In this document: piece after piece, positions 8,959 to 20,303 of the stretch | Layout: every line of letters starts with the position of its first letter | How positions within the stretch are numbered: the stretch's first letter is position 1 | Assembly: GCA_044356215.1 (NCBI GenBank) | Contig: JBIKWQ010000003.1 | Location: forward strand, 16,466 to 80,465 | Length of the DNA stretch: 64,000 nucleotides | Direction of reading: 5' to 3' | Origin: Bdellovibrionota bacterium | GTDB taxonomy: Bacteria; Bdellovibrionota_C; UBA2361; OMII01 | Translations under genes and position numbers: made by a program | Notes under the pieces: model-generated | The model's input: the letters and a program-made list of their open reading frames with translations, nothing else | The model's database searches: none | Told to the model about the DNA's origin: nothing

Positions 8959-10290
8959 ATGCTCCAACATATTGATATTACTAGAACAGCATACCAAAAA
9001 CTTGACACATGGCTAGAATCTAAATTTCGCAAGCCAATTCTTGTTCGAGGAGCCAGGCAGGTTGGAAAGTCTTTTACTGTAAGAACATGGGGGCAAAAGA
9101 AAGCTGCCGCAGGTCAGTTTTTGGAGATTAATTTCGAAGAGCAACCCTCTTTAAAGTCTATATTTACCAAAGATCTAGTCATCCCACGCATCCTGACTGA
9201 GCTGCAATTAGCTACAGGTATAAACCTTGAGAAGCCTGGAAGTATCCTTTTTATGGATGAGATCCAAGAGTGCCACGAAGCATTAATGGCACTCAGATAC
9301 TTTGCTGAGAAATATCCACAACTGCCGGTCCTCGCAGCAGGCTCGTTAGTAGATTTTGTTCTCAGTGAAATAGGATTTCCTGTGGGGCGCATAGATAACC
9401 TTGCGTTAACCCCGCTTTCTTTCTTTGAATTTCTCGCGGCCATTGGTAAACAGAAGCAGGTCGCGGAGCTTGCTACTGTATCTATTACAACCGCCCTTCC
9501 TGAAGCATTACTACAAAGTCTCTTTTTAGATCTTCGATTGTATTTTCGCGTGGGGGGGATGCCTGAAGCTATAGCAGTCTATGCTAGTACTCACGACTTG
9601 AGTGAAGTTAGCAGGGTGCACTCTCGACTTATCAGAAACTACAGAGATGATTTTGCGAAGTATGCCAAGCAAAATGATTGGGAAGCGCTCAACATAGTAT
9701 TTGATCGTCTCCCAGCCATGATTGGCCGTAACCGAATCAACTACTCTAAGTTTGATGCTCATATGCGCGGTGAAAAGATTCGTAGAGCGTTGACGCTACT
9801 TTCAACGGCAGGACTAGTTCACCGTGTTATTTCTTCTCAGGCGAACCAACCACCACTAAATGCTGAGAGTGACCCCCGTTTTTTTAAACTGTTACTACTC
9901 GATATTGGATTGATGCAGGCTATGTTAGGTTTTGATTGGCGAAAAGTACGTCCTGATATGCCTGTTAATGAGATCCATGACGGTGCCTTTGCTGAGCAGT
10001 TTGTTGGCCAAGAGTTAATCTGTTCTGGAAGTAGTGACTCATTTTATCAACCTCATTACTGGTATCGCGGCGTAAAGGGTTCAGAGGCAGAGGTTGATTA
10101 CGTCATTGTGCACAAAGGTTGTGTTACACCTGTTGAAGTTAAGTCTGGCTCGCGTGGTACACTGAAAAGTCTGGCGCTGTATCAAGAGAAATTCACTCCA
10201 GCGCAGTGCTTAGTACTTTCCATGCAGAACAGTGTTGAGCTTGAACGGATTAGATGGGTACCATTATTCTTAGCGAGTCGGCTGCTTTGA
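8959..10290 (+). CDS. AAA_14 / DUF4143 ATP-binding protein
   Basis: GARQVGKS Walker A, LFMDEIQ Walker B, VGGMPE, C-terminal EVDY...PVEVKSG nuclease-like motif. Confidence 0.9.
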   Translation: MLQHIDITRTAYQKLDTWLESKFRKPILVRGARQVGKSFTVRTWGQKKAAAGQFLEINFEEQPSLKSIFTKDLVIPRILTELQLATGINLEKPGSILFMDEIQECHEALMALRYFAEKYPQLPVLAAGSLVDFVLSEIGFPVGRIDNLALTPLSFFEFLAAIGKQKQVAELATVSITTALPEALLQSLFLDLRLYFRVGGMPEAIAVYASTHDLSEVSRVHSRLIRNYRDDFAKYAKQNDWEALNIVFDRLPAMIGRNRINYSKFDAHMRGEKIRRALTLLSTAGLVHRVISSQANQPPLNAESDPRFFKLLLLDIGLMQAMLGFDWRKVRPDMPVNEIHDGAFAEQFVGQELICSGSSDSFYQPHYWYRGVKGSEAEVDYVIVHKGCVTPVEVKSGSRGTLKSLALYQEKFTPAQCLVLSMQNSVELERIRWVPLFLASRLL

Positions 10291-10392
10291 AACTTAGCTC
10301 GTCTGCTCCCTATTAAGGCTACTCACCGCGCTTCTCAAAAACGGTCAATCCCTGAATAAGCTTTACACGGCCATTATTTAAGGATTGGCCGC

Positions 10393-10830
10393 CTACCTAT
10401 AATAATTCCCCAAAGTATTACCGTTATAATGGTAATGCCTATCAGACTCAGGCGGATTTCCTTGGTATCCTTCGTTCCTTAAATCTTCTCTCAGGGCGTC
10501 TAGCTCACGTTGGCGCTCAAAGATCTCCTCTTGGTTGGCGCGAATAATCTCTCCTTTGCGCTCAGCGACCTTAATATCGCTGTTGTAGTGATATAACGCT
10601 CCCAAAGCCAATCCCACCGGCAAACCGATCGCTCCTCCCATTAAGGCGCTCGCTCCTATGTCTCCATTTGAAATCACCGCGCCGATAATCGCACCAGTTC
10701 CAGCTCCAGCCGCCGCACCCGCTAATCCTCCTGTAGCTACTGGGGCTGTGTACGAACTGCTGCATCCGGTGGCCCCGAGTAATAAAGCTCCGCTCACCGA
10801 CAGTGATAAAAATGTTCTTAATAGTTTCAT
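10393..10830 (-). CDS. Glycine-zipper lipoprotein
   Basis: Lipobox ATGC; GGLAGAAAGAGTGAIIG glycine zipper; coiled-coil-like tail. Confidence 0.7.
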   Translation of the reverse strand: MKLLRTFLSLSVSGALLLGATGCSSSYTAPVATGGLAGAAAGAGTGAIIGAVISNGDIGASALMGGAIGLPVGLALGALYHYNSDIKVAERKGEIIRANQEEIFERQRELDALREDLRNEGYQGNPPESDRHYHYNGNTLGNYYR

Positions 10831-11181
10831 ACTAAAACTCTCTTAAAAGCGCCGAAGCGGTCTTTTAGAGTGTTATGGTGAATGGGCGGGGGAGTGTGAC
10901 ACGGAAAAGCTGGATATTTTAAACATTGATATATCAGAGGTTTAGGCTTGGCCATCATGCATCGGGGCGAGATTTGGCGCTCCAATTTAAGCCCGCTTAA
11001 TTCCACCATATTCTATCAATTCACACAGATCTCACGCCCAAGGTGTGAATTTTCAATGAAAATCAACACCTTATACGTCCAAATTCTTGCGCTTCCCCAA
11101 AACCCCCTTTAGCATCAAGTATATAGGTCATTACACGCATCACATAGAGAATCCGATTAAAGCGCCCCCTACTGATATCTC

Positions 11182-13911
11182 ATGATTAAAAAGATCCCAA
11201 ACGCCGAAAAGCTCCGCCTGCAAGAGGACGCCGACCGGTCTAAGAACTGGAAGCGTTGGGGTCCCTACCTCTCTGAGCGCCAGTGGGGAACGGTACGCGA
11301 AGACTACTCACCCGACGGATCTGTTTGGAATTACTTTACTCACGACCAGTCACGGAGCCGTGCTTACCGCTGGGGTGAGGATGGGCTGCTTGGGATCACT
11401 GATAGGCAGTGCCGCATCTGTTTCTCATTCGCGTTTTGGAACGGGCGTGACACCATCCTAAAAGAGCGGCTCTTCGGTCTAGGAGGAACGGAAGGAAATC
11501 ACGGCGAGGATGTAAAGGAGTGCTACTACTATTTAGACTCATCTCCTACTCACTCATACATGCGCGCTCTTTATAAGTATCCACAAAGAGCTTTCCCTTA
11601 CGATCAATTGGTGCAGCAAAATAGATCGCGTGGACGTGGGGTTCCTGAGTTTGAGCTTGCAGACACCGGCATATTTGATAACCATGAATACTTCGATCTA
11701 GAGATTGAGTACGCCAAAGCTGGTCCAGAAGATCTGCTGATACGTTTAACGGCGCGCAATAGAGACAACAAAGCCGCGCCACTTAGAATTATCCCAACTA
11801 TCTGGTTTCGAAATACGTGGGGCTGGGGCCGCACAGGAGAGGGATACACTACAAAACCATCTCTCTCCGCTATCTCCCCGGACCAGTTCCTACTACTTCA
11901 CCCAAACCTAGATCCTTATATCTTTAGAGCTGAAGCTAGCGAATTGGCGTCACATCCTACACCTTTATTCACTGAAAATGAATCGAATCGATTCCGGCTG
12001 TTCGGCGGCGAGAATCAGACCCCGTATGTTAAAGATGCTTTTCACTCTTATATAATCGAGGGAAAAAGCGATTCTGTAAATTCAAAGCTTAATGGGACAA
12101 AAGCCGGGTTGCTCTACTCAATCGAGATACCAGCACGTGGCTCTGTAAGCTTAAATTTCTCACTAAGACTATCTAGCGAACACAGCAAGGTTTTATCCGC
12201 TGATGAATTCGATCAGATCATTAGCTCTAGGCGCGAAGAGTGCCAGGAATTCTACGATTCCGTTGTTCCGCCGAATGCATCGCCGGAGCAACGAAAGATC
12301 CTCACTCAGGCATACGCGGGACTTCTCTGGACTAAGCAGTTTTACTATTACTCTGTGCGTGAGTGGCTTGAGGGGGATCCAACTCAGCCAACACCCGCTC
12401 CATCACGTCGGTCACTCAAAAATTCGGAGTGGGAACACCTATATAATAGAGACATAATCTCTGTTCCTGACAAATGGGAATACCCTTGGTACGCGGCTTG
12501 GGACCTCGCTTTCCACATGATCCCTTTCTGTAAGATCGATCCCGACTTCGCCAAGAGTCAGCTCCTACTATTCCTTCGCGAATGGTACATGCATCCAAAT
12601 GGACAGATACCAGCTTATGAGTTTGGATTCTCTAACGTAAACCCTCCAGTACACGCCTGGGCCTGTTGGCGTGTTTACCAGATCACATCAAAAGATGGCG
12701 CGCCCGATCGACTCTTTCTTAAGCGCGCGTTTACAAAGCTTTTAATGAACTTTACCTGGTGGGTAAATCGCAAAGACTCTAGCGGGAGAAATCTATTCGC
12801 TGGGGGCTTCTTGGGACTTGATAATATCGGAGTATTCGATAGAAGCGCTCCGCTTCCAAAGGGAGGTAGTCTACAACAAGCTGACGCAACCGCGTGGATG
12901 GCTTTTTATTGCACGACAATGTTGTCGATGGCGCTTGAGCTAGCGACCGAGGACGAGGAGTATGAGGATCTAGCTTCAAAATTCTTTGAGCATTTTATCG
13001 CCATCTCATCAGCGATAAATAATTTCGGGGGAACCGGTCTTTGGGATGAGCTAGATGGTTTTTATTACGACCAGTTAGAGCTTGAGACAACAACTATTCC
13101 ACTAAGAGCTCGTTCATTAGTTGGAGTAATTCCGATGCTCGTGGTTGAGATCCTCAAAGACTCAAAGATCCGGGCTCTACCAGGATTTAAGAAACGGCTC
13201 GATTGGTTTATCGCTAATAACCCTGAACTAGCCAAACAGCTAGATACGTCGAGTCGCGCTCGACAGAGCGAAGATGGGTCCGGAGATAAACTCTTATCGA
13301 TCCCATCGACAAAGCAGCTAAGGCGGCTGTTAGCTTATGTTTTAGATGAGAAGGAATTTCTCTCACCTTATGGGATGCGCTCATTATCAAGGATTCACGC
13401 TGAGTATCCCTACCGTCTGACCCTAGAGAATAAAGACTACGGGATCGACTACTGTCCTGGTGACTCAAACACCGATTTCTTCGGTGGCAACTCCAACTGG
13501 CGTGGCCCAGTGTGGTTCCCGATGAACGCGCTTTTGATTGAAGCCTTGGATAAATATCACGAGTTTTACGGGGATGATTTTAAAGTCGAGTGTCCGACAG
13601 GATCTGGCGTCTTTATGAATCTTAGCGAGGTAGCGACCGAGCTGTCACGTAGATTAACAGATCTTTTTATGCCTAATTCCGAGGGCTTTAGACCTTGCCA
13701 CGGCGATTCACCGCTATACGCAACCGATAGAAACTGGCGCGATTTAGTGCTGTTTTACGAGCACTTTCACGGAGACACCGGCCGCGGAATAGGAGCCAGC
13801 CATCAGACTGGTTGGACGGCTTTAGTGACTGAGTGTATCGAAAGGCTAGGCTTCCCCGCTAAAGATTACTGTCGCAAAGTATCAACGCGAAAAACAGGGG
13901 AAGATAAATAA
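11182..13911 (+). CDS. Glycoside hydrolase, GH63/MGH1-like glucosidase
   Basis: [64 protein letters not shown]. Confidence 0.9.
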   Translation: MIKKIPNAEKLRLQEDADRSKNWKRWGPYLSERQWGTVREDYSPDGSVWNYFTHDQSRSRAYRWGEDGLLGITDRQCRICFSFAFWNGRDTILKERLFGLGGTEGNHGEDVKECYYYLDSSPTHSYMRALYKYPQRAFPYDQLVQQNRSRGRGVPEFELADTGIFDNHEYFDLEIEYAKAGPEDLLIRLTARNRDNKAAPLRIIPTIWFRNTWGWGRTGEGYTTKPSLSAISPDQFLLLHPNLDPYIFRAEASELASHPTPLFTENESNRFRLFGGENQTPYVKDAFHSYIIEGKSDSVNSKLNGTKAGLLYSIEIPARGSVSLNFSLRLSSEHSKVLSADEFDQIISSRREECQEFYDSVVPPNASPEQRKILTQAYAGLLWTKQFYYYSVREWLEGDPTQPTPAPSRRSLKNSEWEHLYNRDIISVPDKWEYPWYAAWDLAFHMIPFCKIDPDFAKSQLLLFLREWYMHPNGQIPAYEFGFSNVNPPVHAWACWRVYQITSKDGAPDRLFLKRAFTKLLMNFTWWVNRKDSSGRNLFAGGFLGLDNIGVFDRSAPLPKGGSLQQADATAWMAFYCTTMLSMALELATEDEEYEDLASKFFEHFIAISSAINNFGGTGLWDELDGFYYDQLELETTTIPLRARSLVGVIPMLVVEILKDSKIRALPGFKKRLDWFIANNPELAKQLDTSSRARQSEDGSGDKLLSIPSTKQLRRLLAYVLDEKEFLSPYGMRSLSRIHAEYPYRLTLENKDYGIDYCPGDSNTDFFGGNSNWRGPVWFPMNALLIEALDKYHEFYGDDFKVECPTGSGVFMNLSEVATELSRRLTDLFMPNSEGFRPCHGDSPLYATDRNWRDLVLFYEHFHGDTGRGIGASHQTGWTALVTECIERLGFPAKDYCRKVSTRKTGEDK

Positions 13912-14740
13912 CGCTGGCCTGAAGTAGTAGCCTTGCATCACCTATAGAGCGTGTCCGCCACGATCTTATTCCAACCCCTAGCATCGCCACTCCGAGCGCT
14001 AGCATGCCGGCCGCGTAAACTACACCCGCCATCTGAAACATATATGGCAGCAGCGATACAGGTATCAAAAGCACCGAGAAACCGAGGATCTGTCTAAAGG
14101 TGCGCACGCCATCTGGATAAACTACCGGCAACATCTTGAATCCACCACGCGCGTAGTCGTCTCGGTACATCCATGCTATCGCGTAAAAGTGCGGATGTTG
14201 CCAAACAAAAAGGATCAGAAAAATTATCCACGCCCCTAATCCAACCTCACCCGTTGCGGCTGCCCATCCCCCCATCGGAGGTAAGGCCCCTGGAATAGCC
14301 CCGATTACTGTATTCCACCACGTAATCCGTTTAAGTGGAGTGTAGACCACTACGTATAAAAAAGTCGTTAAGAGAGAGAGGAAGCCCGTTAGCAGGTTTA
14401 CCTGCCAGATTAAGATAGACACTCCAAGGAGCGCCGTGATCCAACCGAAATTTAGCGCCTCATTAGGAGACAAGACTCCACGTTGAATCGGTCTACTCTT
14501 GGTGCGATTCATCTCAAGATCGCAATCGCGCTCTAGGTAGTTATTTAGAGCGGCGGCACCAGCGGAGCTGATCGCTGTTCCCAAAAGCGCCATAAAGAAG
14601 GTCCATAAAGGCTCAACTGTCTGGGCACCCAAGAAATACCCCGCGGCGGTCATCAGAACGACCATTACTAAGATCCTTGGCTTACTAAGGGCGATAAAAC
14701 CCGATAGCTTTGACCCATTTGATTTCGCGGAAATTGTCAT
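13859..14740 (-). CDS. ctaB: Protoheme IX farnesyltransferase (heme o synthase)
   Basis: LSKPRI, NNYLERDCD..M.RT..RP, YTPLKR, GAIPGALPP, WQHPHFYA, DDYARGG. The 3' end overlaps the convergent glycosidase gene. Confidence 0.93.
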   Translation of the reverse strand: MTISAKSNGSKLSGFIALSKPRILVMVVLMTAAGYFLGAQTVEPLWTFFMALLGTAISSAGAAALNNYLERDCDLEMNRTKSRPIQRGVLSPNEALNFGWITALLGVSILIWQVNLLTGFLSLLTTFLYVVVYTPLKRITWWNTVIGAIPGALPPMGGWAAATGEVGLGAWIIFLILFVWQHPHFYAIAWMYRDDYARGGFKMLPVVYPDGVRTFRQILGFSVLLIPVSLLPYMFQMAGVVYAAGMLALGVAMLGVGIRSWRTRSIGDARLLLQASVIYLPLFFALILCDSNL

Positions 14741-14866
14741 ATTAGAGATCAACCAGTGCGAATCGTAGGCACTGGCGAGAGGGAAGTCAACTTGTCACCT
14801 GTTGCGGTGAGCTTTCTTAGGGAAAAGCACCAAAACCTCGCTTACGCGATGTTTTGCCTCGCCTCC

Positions 14867-15859
14867 TTAGGAAAGCGCCCTTATTCGTTCAATAACCTGG
14901 GTCGCCTCATCAAAGCTCAAGGTCTGGGCCGCGTCTGATTTAGCCTGCTCCGGCTTCTCATGCACTTCGAGTAGGGTCGCGTCAGCTCCCGCTATGACCC
15001 CAGCTAGAGCCATTTGGGCGACGTATTTTCTCACCCCTACCCCATGCGATGGATCTACTACTACCGGCAGGTGAGACTTGTCTTTTAGATATGGCACAGC
15101 GTTTAGATCTAAAACATTTCTGTAAGCTTTCTCAAATGTTCTTATCCCCCTCTCGCACAATAAGATCTTTTCATTGCCGTTAGAGAAAATATACTCAGCC
15201 GACTGCAATAACTCCTCGAGAGTTCCAGACATGCCCCGTTTTAGGAGAACCGGCTTATCAACTCGGCCTAGAGCATCTAATAAAGTAAAGTTCTGAGAGT
15301 TGCGCGCCCCGACCTGGTACATATCCACATATGGATAGATCATATCGATCTGACTCGCGTCTAGAACCTCGGTTACGATCTTTATCCCATTTTCGCGGGC
15401 GATATCAGACCACATCTTGAGTCCCTCTAAACCCAAGCCCCTAAATGAATAGGGAGAACTACGGGGCTTGAACACTCCGCCACGCATTATGCGGGCACCA
15501 ACACTAACAAGATGAGACATGCTAGTTCTAACTTGAGCCTCTCCCTCAATTGAGCAAGGGCCAGCTATAACCTGATGCTCACCAGCGCCTATCAGCACTC
15601 CATCGCCTAGATCGATTACCGTAGGTTTTACTTTCCACTGCCGGGAGACCAACTGATAAGGGTCACGGACGTAGTGCACATCCTTAACCCCCTCGAGCCC
15701 TCCGATGACGCGGATATCGAACTCTGCTCCCCCAACGTACACTAAATAAAACCCCTCTTGGGTATTCACTTTAGTAGCGGTTCCGCCGTAAGTGCTTAAA
15801 GCATCCCTAATATCTTGAACCTGCTTCTCTGTTGCCGATTTCTGTAAGGTAATAATCAT
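14867..15859 (-). CDS. aroF: DAHP synthase type I-beta with N-terminal regulatory domain
   Basis: IAGPCSIE, RGGVFKPRSSPYSFRGLG, QVGARNSQNF, LCERGIRTF, VDPSHG; last gene of the trp operon. Confidence 0.9.
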   Translation of the reverse strand: MIITLQKSATEKQVQDIRDALSTYGGTATKVNTQEGFYLVYVGGAEFDIRVIGGLEGVKDVHYVRDPYQLVSRQWKVKPTVIDLGDGVLIGAGEHQVIAGPCSIEGEAQVRTSMSHLVSVGARIMRGGVFKPRSSPYSFRGLGLEGLKMWSDIARENGIKIVTEVLDASQIDMIYPYVDMYQVGARNSQNFTLLDALGRVDKPVLLKRGMSGTLEELLQSAEYIFSNGNEKILLCERGIRTFEKAYRNVLDLNAVPYLKDKSHLPVVVDPSHGVGVRKYVAQMALAGVIAGADATLLEVHEKPEQAKSDAAQTLSFDEATQVIERIRALS

Positions 15860-15861
15860 AG

Positions 15862-16665
15862 CTACCTAACACCCACAACAAACTCTCTTACTACAGCGCG
15901 CAGACCGGAGTCATCACTTCTAGCGCTATCAGTCGGCGAAGCCGCTACGGCACTTAGTGCTCTTGTAAAAGCACTTCCGATAATGGCACCGTTAGTATGT
16001 CTAGTTACACTATTAAAAGTCTCTCTGTCTCGCACGCCAAATCCAACGATAAGTGGGCTTTTTAGCCCCATAGCGGCGACCCTTTGAAAGAAATCATCGC
16101 GCTCCTGTGTGACCGATACCGCGCCTCCTGTTACCGCGTCTGATGATAAGAGATAAAGGAAAGCCGGATCCTCCTGATCAAAAGCCTTTATTCGCTCAGG
16201 AGTTGTTCTAGTAGTCACAAGAAATACTGGTTTAACTCCGTGGCGTTTAAAAAGCGGTTTGTACTCACTCTGATACCGATCAAATGGCATATCTGGGATA
16301 ATCGCTCCATCGATGCCACACCGCGCCGCGTCACTTAAAAAACTCTCAAACCCGTACTGTTCGACGGGATTAATGTATCCCATCAGTAAAAGGGGGATAC
16401 TAGTAACAGCGCGAACCTCACTTAGCTGTTTAAAAAGCACCTTAAGAGACATGCCATTTTTTAAAGCTATCTGACTGCTCTCTTGAATCGTTGGACCATC
16501 TGAAACCGGATCTGAGAAGGGGAAACCGATCTCGACAAGATCTACACCACTATCACTTAACGCTGATAGTATCGGTAACGTGTCATTTAAACGTGGATAT
16601 CCTGCTGTAAAGAAAATTGAGAGCGCTTTCGCTTTAAGCGCGCTATTAAAACGATTCTCTGTCAT
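15862..16665 (-). CDS. trpA: Tryptophan synthase alpha chain
   Basis: TAGYP, EIGFPFSDPVSDGPTIQ, LMGYINP, VGFGV. Confidence 0.96.
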   Translation of the reverse strand: MTENRFNSALKAKALSIFFTAGYPRLNDTLPILSALSDSGVDLVEIGFPFSDPVSDGPTIQESSQIALKNGMSLKVLFKQLSEVRAVTSIPLLLMGYINPVEQYGFESFLSDAARCGIDGAIIPDMPFDRYQSEYKPLFKRHGVKPVFLVTTRTTPERIKAFDQEDPAFLYLLSSDAVTGGAVSVTQERDDFFQRVAAMGLKSPLIVGFGVRDRETFNSVTRHTNGAIIGSAFTRALSAVAASPTDSARSDDSGLRAVVREFVVGVR

Positions 16666-16669
16666 AAAA

Positions 16670-17860
16670 CTACTCTCCTATGCTCTCACCAAAGGCCTCA
16701 AGATAAGTCGCCATATCCTTATCACCGCGTCCAGATAGAATCACAACTAATCTATCTCCTTCTTTTAAGCCGAGGCGATCTAACGCCGCTATCGCATGAG
16801 CTGTCTCAAGAGCGGGGATAATCCCCTCACTTCTCGCTAGTAATTTAGCCCCCTCTAGCGCCTCTTTATCTGTAACGCTTAGGTACGTGACCCGGCCAGT
16901 TCTCCAGAGATAGGCGTGTTGCGGCCCGATACCTGGATAATCTAAGCCCGCTGAGATAGAGTGCGCCTCCTCAACTTGACCATCTTCGGTCTGCATAAAT
17001 ACCGTCTTACTTCCGTGCAGCACTCCTGGCTTACCAAGCGCCAAGGTCGCGGCGGATCTGCCGCTAGACACTCCGCAACCAGCCGCCTCTACACCGATTA
17101 ACTTAATCTCTGGGTCCTCAACGCAGTGATAAAATCCCCCCATCGCGTTACTTCCACCACCGACACACGCGATCACATGTGTCGGTTTGAGACCACCATC
17201 TGCCATACATTGCGCAAGTAGCTCAGCGCTTATAACTGATTGAAAGCGCGCCACCATATCTGGAAAAGGATGTGGTCCCACAACAGAGCCTATTATGTAA
17301 TGAGTGTCGTGAGGGTTAGCGATCCAATCACGCATCGCCTCGTTAGTAGCGTCTTTAAGGGTTCGACTGCCGCTATTTACTGCTCGCACTTCAGCCCCTA
17401 GCAGACGCATCCGGGCCACATTTAAAGCCTGGCGCGCCATATCTACAGCACCCATATACACAACACACGGTAGCCCCATTAACGCGCAAACTGTAGCGGT
17501 CGCTACGCCGTGTTGACCCGCTCCTGTCTCGGCGATAATTCTGGACCTTCCTAGCCTCTTAGCTAGGAGGATCTGCCCTATAGTATTGTTGATCTTGTGG
17601 GCTCCCGTGTGCAGAAGATCCTCGCGTTTTAAAAGGATCTCGGCTCCGAATCGTTCGGATAGATTCTTGGCCTTAAACAGCGGGGTGGGTCGTCCGGCGA
17701 AATTTTTTAGTAGATCATCTAACTCTGCTTTAAAATCAGGCCTCTCAATTATTGAGAGGTAGCGCTGCTGTAGCTCACGCACATTCGGGTACAACATCTC
17801 CGGTACGTAAGCCCCACCAAAATCACCAAAATATCCATCGTCACTTACCTGTAGCTTCAT
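16670..17860 (-). CDS. trpB: Tryptophan synthase beta chain
   Basis: KREDLLHTGAHKINN, AETGAGQHGVATA, CVGGGSNA, SAGLDYPGIGP, SGRGDKD. Confidence 0.98.
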   Translation of the reverse strand: MKLQVSDDGYFGDFGGAYVPEMLYPNVRELQQRYLSIIERPDFKAELDDLLKNFAGRPTPLFKAKNLSERFGAEILLKREDLLHTGAHKINNTIGQILLAKRLGRSRIIAETGAGQHGVATATVCALMGLPCVVYMGAVDMARQALNVARMRLLGAEVRAVNSGSRTLKDATNEAMRDWIANPHDTHYIIGSVVGPHPFPDMVARFQSVISAELLAQCMADGGLKPTHVIACVGGGSNAMGGFYHCVEDPEIKLIGVEAAGCGVSSGRSAATLALGKPGVLHGSKTVFMQTEDGQVEEAHSISAGLDYPGIGPQHAYLWRTGRVTYLSVTDKEALEGAKLLARSEGIIPALETAHAIAALDRLGLKEGDRLVVILSGRGDKDMATYLEAFGESIGE

Positions 17861-18486
17861 ACCTTCCTCATTACATCTTTAACTAACTGTAGCGATTTCA
17901 CGCCTGGCGAGACCTCAACCCTAGAATTTATATCGATTCCAAGAAGCATCGAGTATTTATTAGCCAGCAACTTAACTTTATCGATGCTCGATGGGCCGAT
18001 TCCACCAGCCAAAAAAAATGGGGTATCGCCTCTATACTTTGCTAGTTGGTCCCAGTTAAAACTCTCGCCGCTTCCTGGCTTAAAGCCGTCAAATATATAG
18101 AGGTCAGCTCCTTTAGGTGGTGATACTAACTCAGATCCGCTCTCTCCTACCGAAATAGCCTTAAAGATCTGACAGCTTGGTATAGCGCGCTTACAATCTG
18201 CGATATACAAACTATCCTCACTGCCGTGTAGCTGAACCGCCCAGAGCCGATACCTGCGCGCCGCAGCCTCTATTTCCTCTATATCGGTATCGCGAAACAC
18301 ACCGACTGTCCTAATAGTGGAGGGGATCCCCTGTAAAAGCGCGTCTCGCTTCTCTGCGGCCACGTACCTTGGGCTCTCAGGAACAAATACAAAACCCAGA
18401 TAATCCGCACCCGCGGCGGAAACCTCTTTAGAGTTCTCCAGATCACGCATTCCGCAAACTTTTACTAAGAGTCGCCTCGTTCTCAT
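17857..18486 (-). CDS. trpF: Phosphoribosylanthranilate isomerase
   Basis: VKVCGM, VQLHGSE, GSGESFNW, LAGGI, IDINSRVE..PGVK. Confidence 0.95.
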   Translation of the reverse strand: MRTRRLLVKVCGMRDLENSKEVSAAGADYLGFVFVPESPRYVAAEKRDALLQGIPSTIRTVGVFRDTDIEEIEAAARRYRLWAVQLHGSEDSLYIADCKRAIPSCQIFKAISVGESGSELVSPPKGADLYIFDGFKPGSGESFNWDQLAKYRGDTPFFLAGGIGPSSIDKVKLLANKYSMLLGIDINSRVEVSPGVKSLQLVKDVMRKV

Positions 18487-19301
18487 CTGATTTGCGCGCC
18501 CGCCCCTAAAAGAGATTCAGCCCGCGCGATAAACCTCGCGCACGCCTCCTGCGGTTCACCTTCTCGCATAAAGGTTTCTCCGATTAAAAAGCCTTTAAAT
18601 CCGGCTTTTTTAAGCGCTACCAGGTCTTCTGGTTTTGAGATCCCACTTTCCGCCACTGCTACAGTAGTTTTTGGTATCTCAGATATTAATTGATGACTTA
18701 GGTCTATCGAGACATTAAAAGTCTTTAAGTCACGATTGTTCACGCCGACAAGAGATATCTCTTCACTAAAATGAGATTCAAGCTCTACTTTCGAGTGCAC
18801 CTCTAAAAGAACCTCTAATCCTAGTGAGCGAGCTTGCCGCGCCAACACCCCGCACTCTTTAGGTGTCAATGCGGCGGCGATTAGCAGGACAACATCAGCC
18901 CCGATCGCTTTAGCTTCAACTATCTGATACTCATCGATGATAAAATCTTTCCGCAGGATCGGCGCATAGTTGCACTTACGAGCTATCTTCAGATCCGCTG
19001 AGCTACCCCCAAAATACTCCTTGTCTGTTAAGACTGAGAGCGCGGAGGCCCCGGCCTGCATATACCCGATCGATATATCCTCTACTGATATATGCTCTCG
19101 AATAACCCCCTTTGAAGGGGAACGTCTCTTTATCTCCGCTATGACTCCAACCAGATCTTCGCGACTTAAGTAGTGGCTTAAAGATACAACTGGACTACTA
19201 AAATATATCTCTCGCTCAAGTAGCTTAGTGGGGAAAAGCTCTCTGCGCTCAAGCACCTCTCGTTTCTTAGTCGCTATAATCTTCTCTAAAATATTACTCA
19301 T
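18483..19301 (-). CDS. trpC: Indole-3-glycerol phosphate synthase
   Basis: IAEIKRRSPSKG, SVLTD..YFGG, LRKDFIID, GVNNRDL, AESGI. Confidence 0.97.
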   Translation of the reverse strand: MSNILEKIIATKKREVLERRELFPTKLLEREIYFSSPVVSLSHYLSREDLVGVIAEIKRRSPSKGVIREHISVEDISIGYMQAGASALSVLTDKEYFGGSSADLKIARKCNYAPILRKDFIIDEYQIVEAKAIGADVVLLIAAALTPKECGVLARQARSLGLEVLLEVHSKVELESHFSEEISLVGVNNRDLKTFNVSIDLSHQLISEIPKTTVAVAESGISKPEDLVALKKAGFKGFLIGETFMREGEPQEACARFIARAESLLGAGAQIR

Positions 19302-19307
19302 AACTCT

Positions 19308-20303
19308 TTAAAGCTCCTGACATCTCCGCAACACCTTCAAGGCTCTTCCGGAATTTATTGACTCCTCGGCTATAGCTAAACACTCACTGAGATTGCCTCT
19401 AGCTCCTTGATAGAACCAGATGGCGGATCCCGCATTAGCGACGACACACGATTTTTGGGCCCGATCAGAGGAATTTCTTAAGATACCCTCAATCAATTTG
19501 GCGCTTTCTATCGCTGAGGTTGGAGCGGCAATCTGAGCCGGAGATAATTTTGGACTACTCAAGTCACCTGGTCTAAGCTCAAAAGATCCCGAAGAGGAAA
19601 CTACTCTTGCTGTATCAGTAAGAGACAGCTCATCGTATCCATCTAAAGAATGAACTACTGCGAACTTTTTGTTTCTGCGATTAAGTAGGTAGCCATATAG
19701 CCTTTGAAGCTCAAGATTGTATACGCCAGTATATTGAAAATCGATCGTGGCCGGATTGATTAGTGGCCCAAGGGCATTAAATACCGTGCGAAATCCCAAC
19801 TCTTTGCGAACTGGCGCCAAGCTCCTAAAAGCCTGATTAAATAGCAGAGCGTGGATAAAGCACACCCCAGCTTCTGCTAGGGATCGTTTAAGATGTTCCT
19901 GTTCTCCAGAAAGCTTAATCCCTAAAGCCTCCAATACATTTGAGGAGCCGCATGATGATGAGACTGCTATATTACCGTGCTTTGCTACTTTATAGCCCGC
20001 GCCCGCGACAACAAAGGCCGCTGTCGTAGAGATGTTAAACGAGCTTTTTCCGTCACCACCCGTTCCGCACATGTCGATTAGCTCAGCGCAATCTAAATCA
20101 ATAGGTGTAGCCAATTCAGCCGCTGCTGCTGAAAATCCATCAAGCAGATCGACGTCTAACCCCCGGGTAGCTAATGCTGTTAGTAGCGCCGCTAGATATG
20201 TTTCTGTGTAGCGACCGCTGGCGATGGCTAACATAAGCTCGCGGCTCTCAGCTACGGAGAGTCGTCTACCTGCGACTATCTCTTTAAGCGATACTAAACT
20301 CAT
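19308..20303 (-). CDS. trpD: Anthranilate phosphoribosyltransferase
   Basis: DMCGTGGDG, FNIST, KHGN..VSS.CGSS, RTVFN.LGPL.NP, DGYDE. Confidence 0.96.
   Translation of the reverse strand: MSLVSLKEIVAGRRLSVAESRELMLAIASGRYTETYLAALLTALATRGLDVDLLDGFSAAAAELATPIDLDCAELIDMCGTGGDGKSSFNISTTAAFVVAGAGYKVAKHGNIAVSSSCGSSNVLEALGIKLSGEQEHLKRSLAEAGVCFIHALLFNQAFRSLAPVRKELGFRTVFNALGPLINPATIDFQYTGVYNLELQRLYGYLLNRRNKKFAVVHSLDGYDELSLTDTARVVSSSGSFELRPGDLSSPKLSPAQIAAPTSAIESAKLIEGILRNSSDRAQKSCVVANAGSAIWFYQGARGNLSECLAIAEESINSGRALKVLRRCQEL

Noticed and set aside
11061..11073. IHF consensus match AATCAACACCTTA
   Set aside because: A short degenerate motif in AT-rich DNA with no supporting context.
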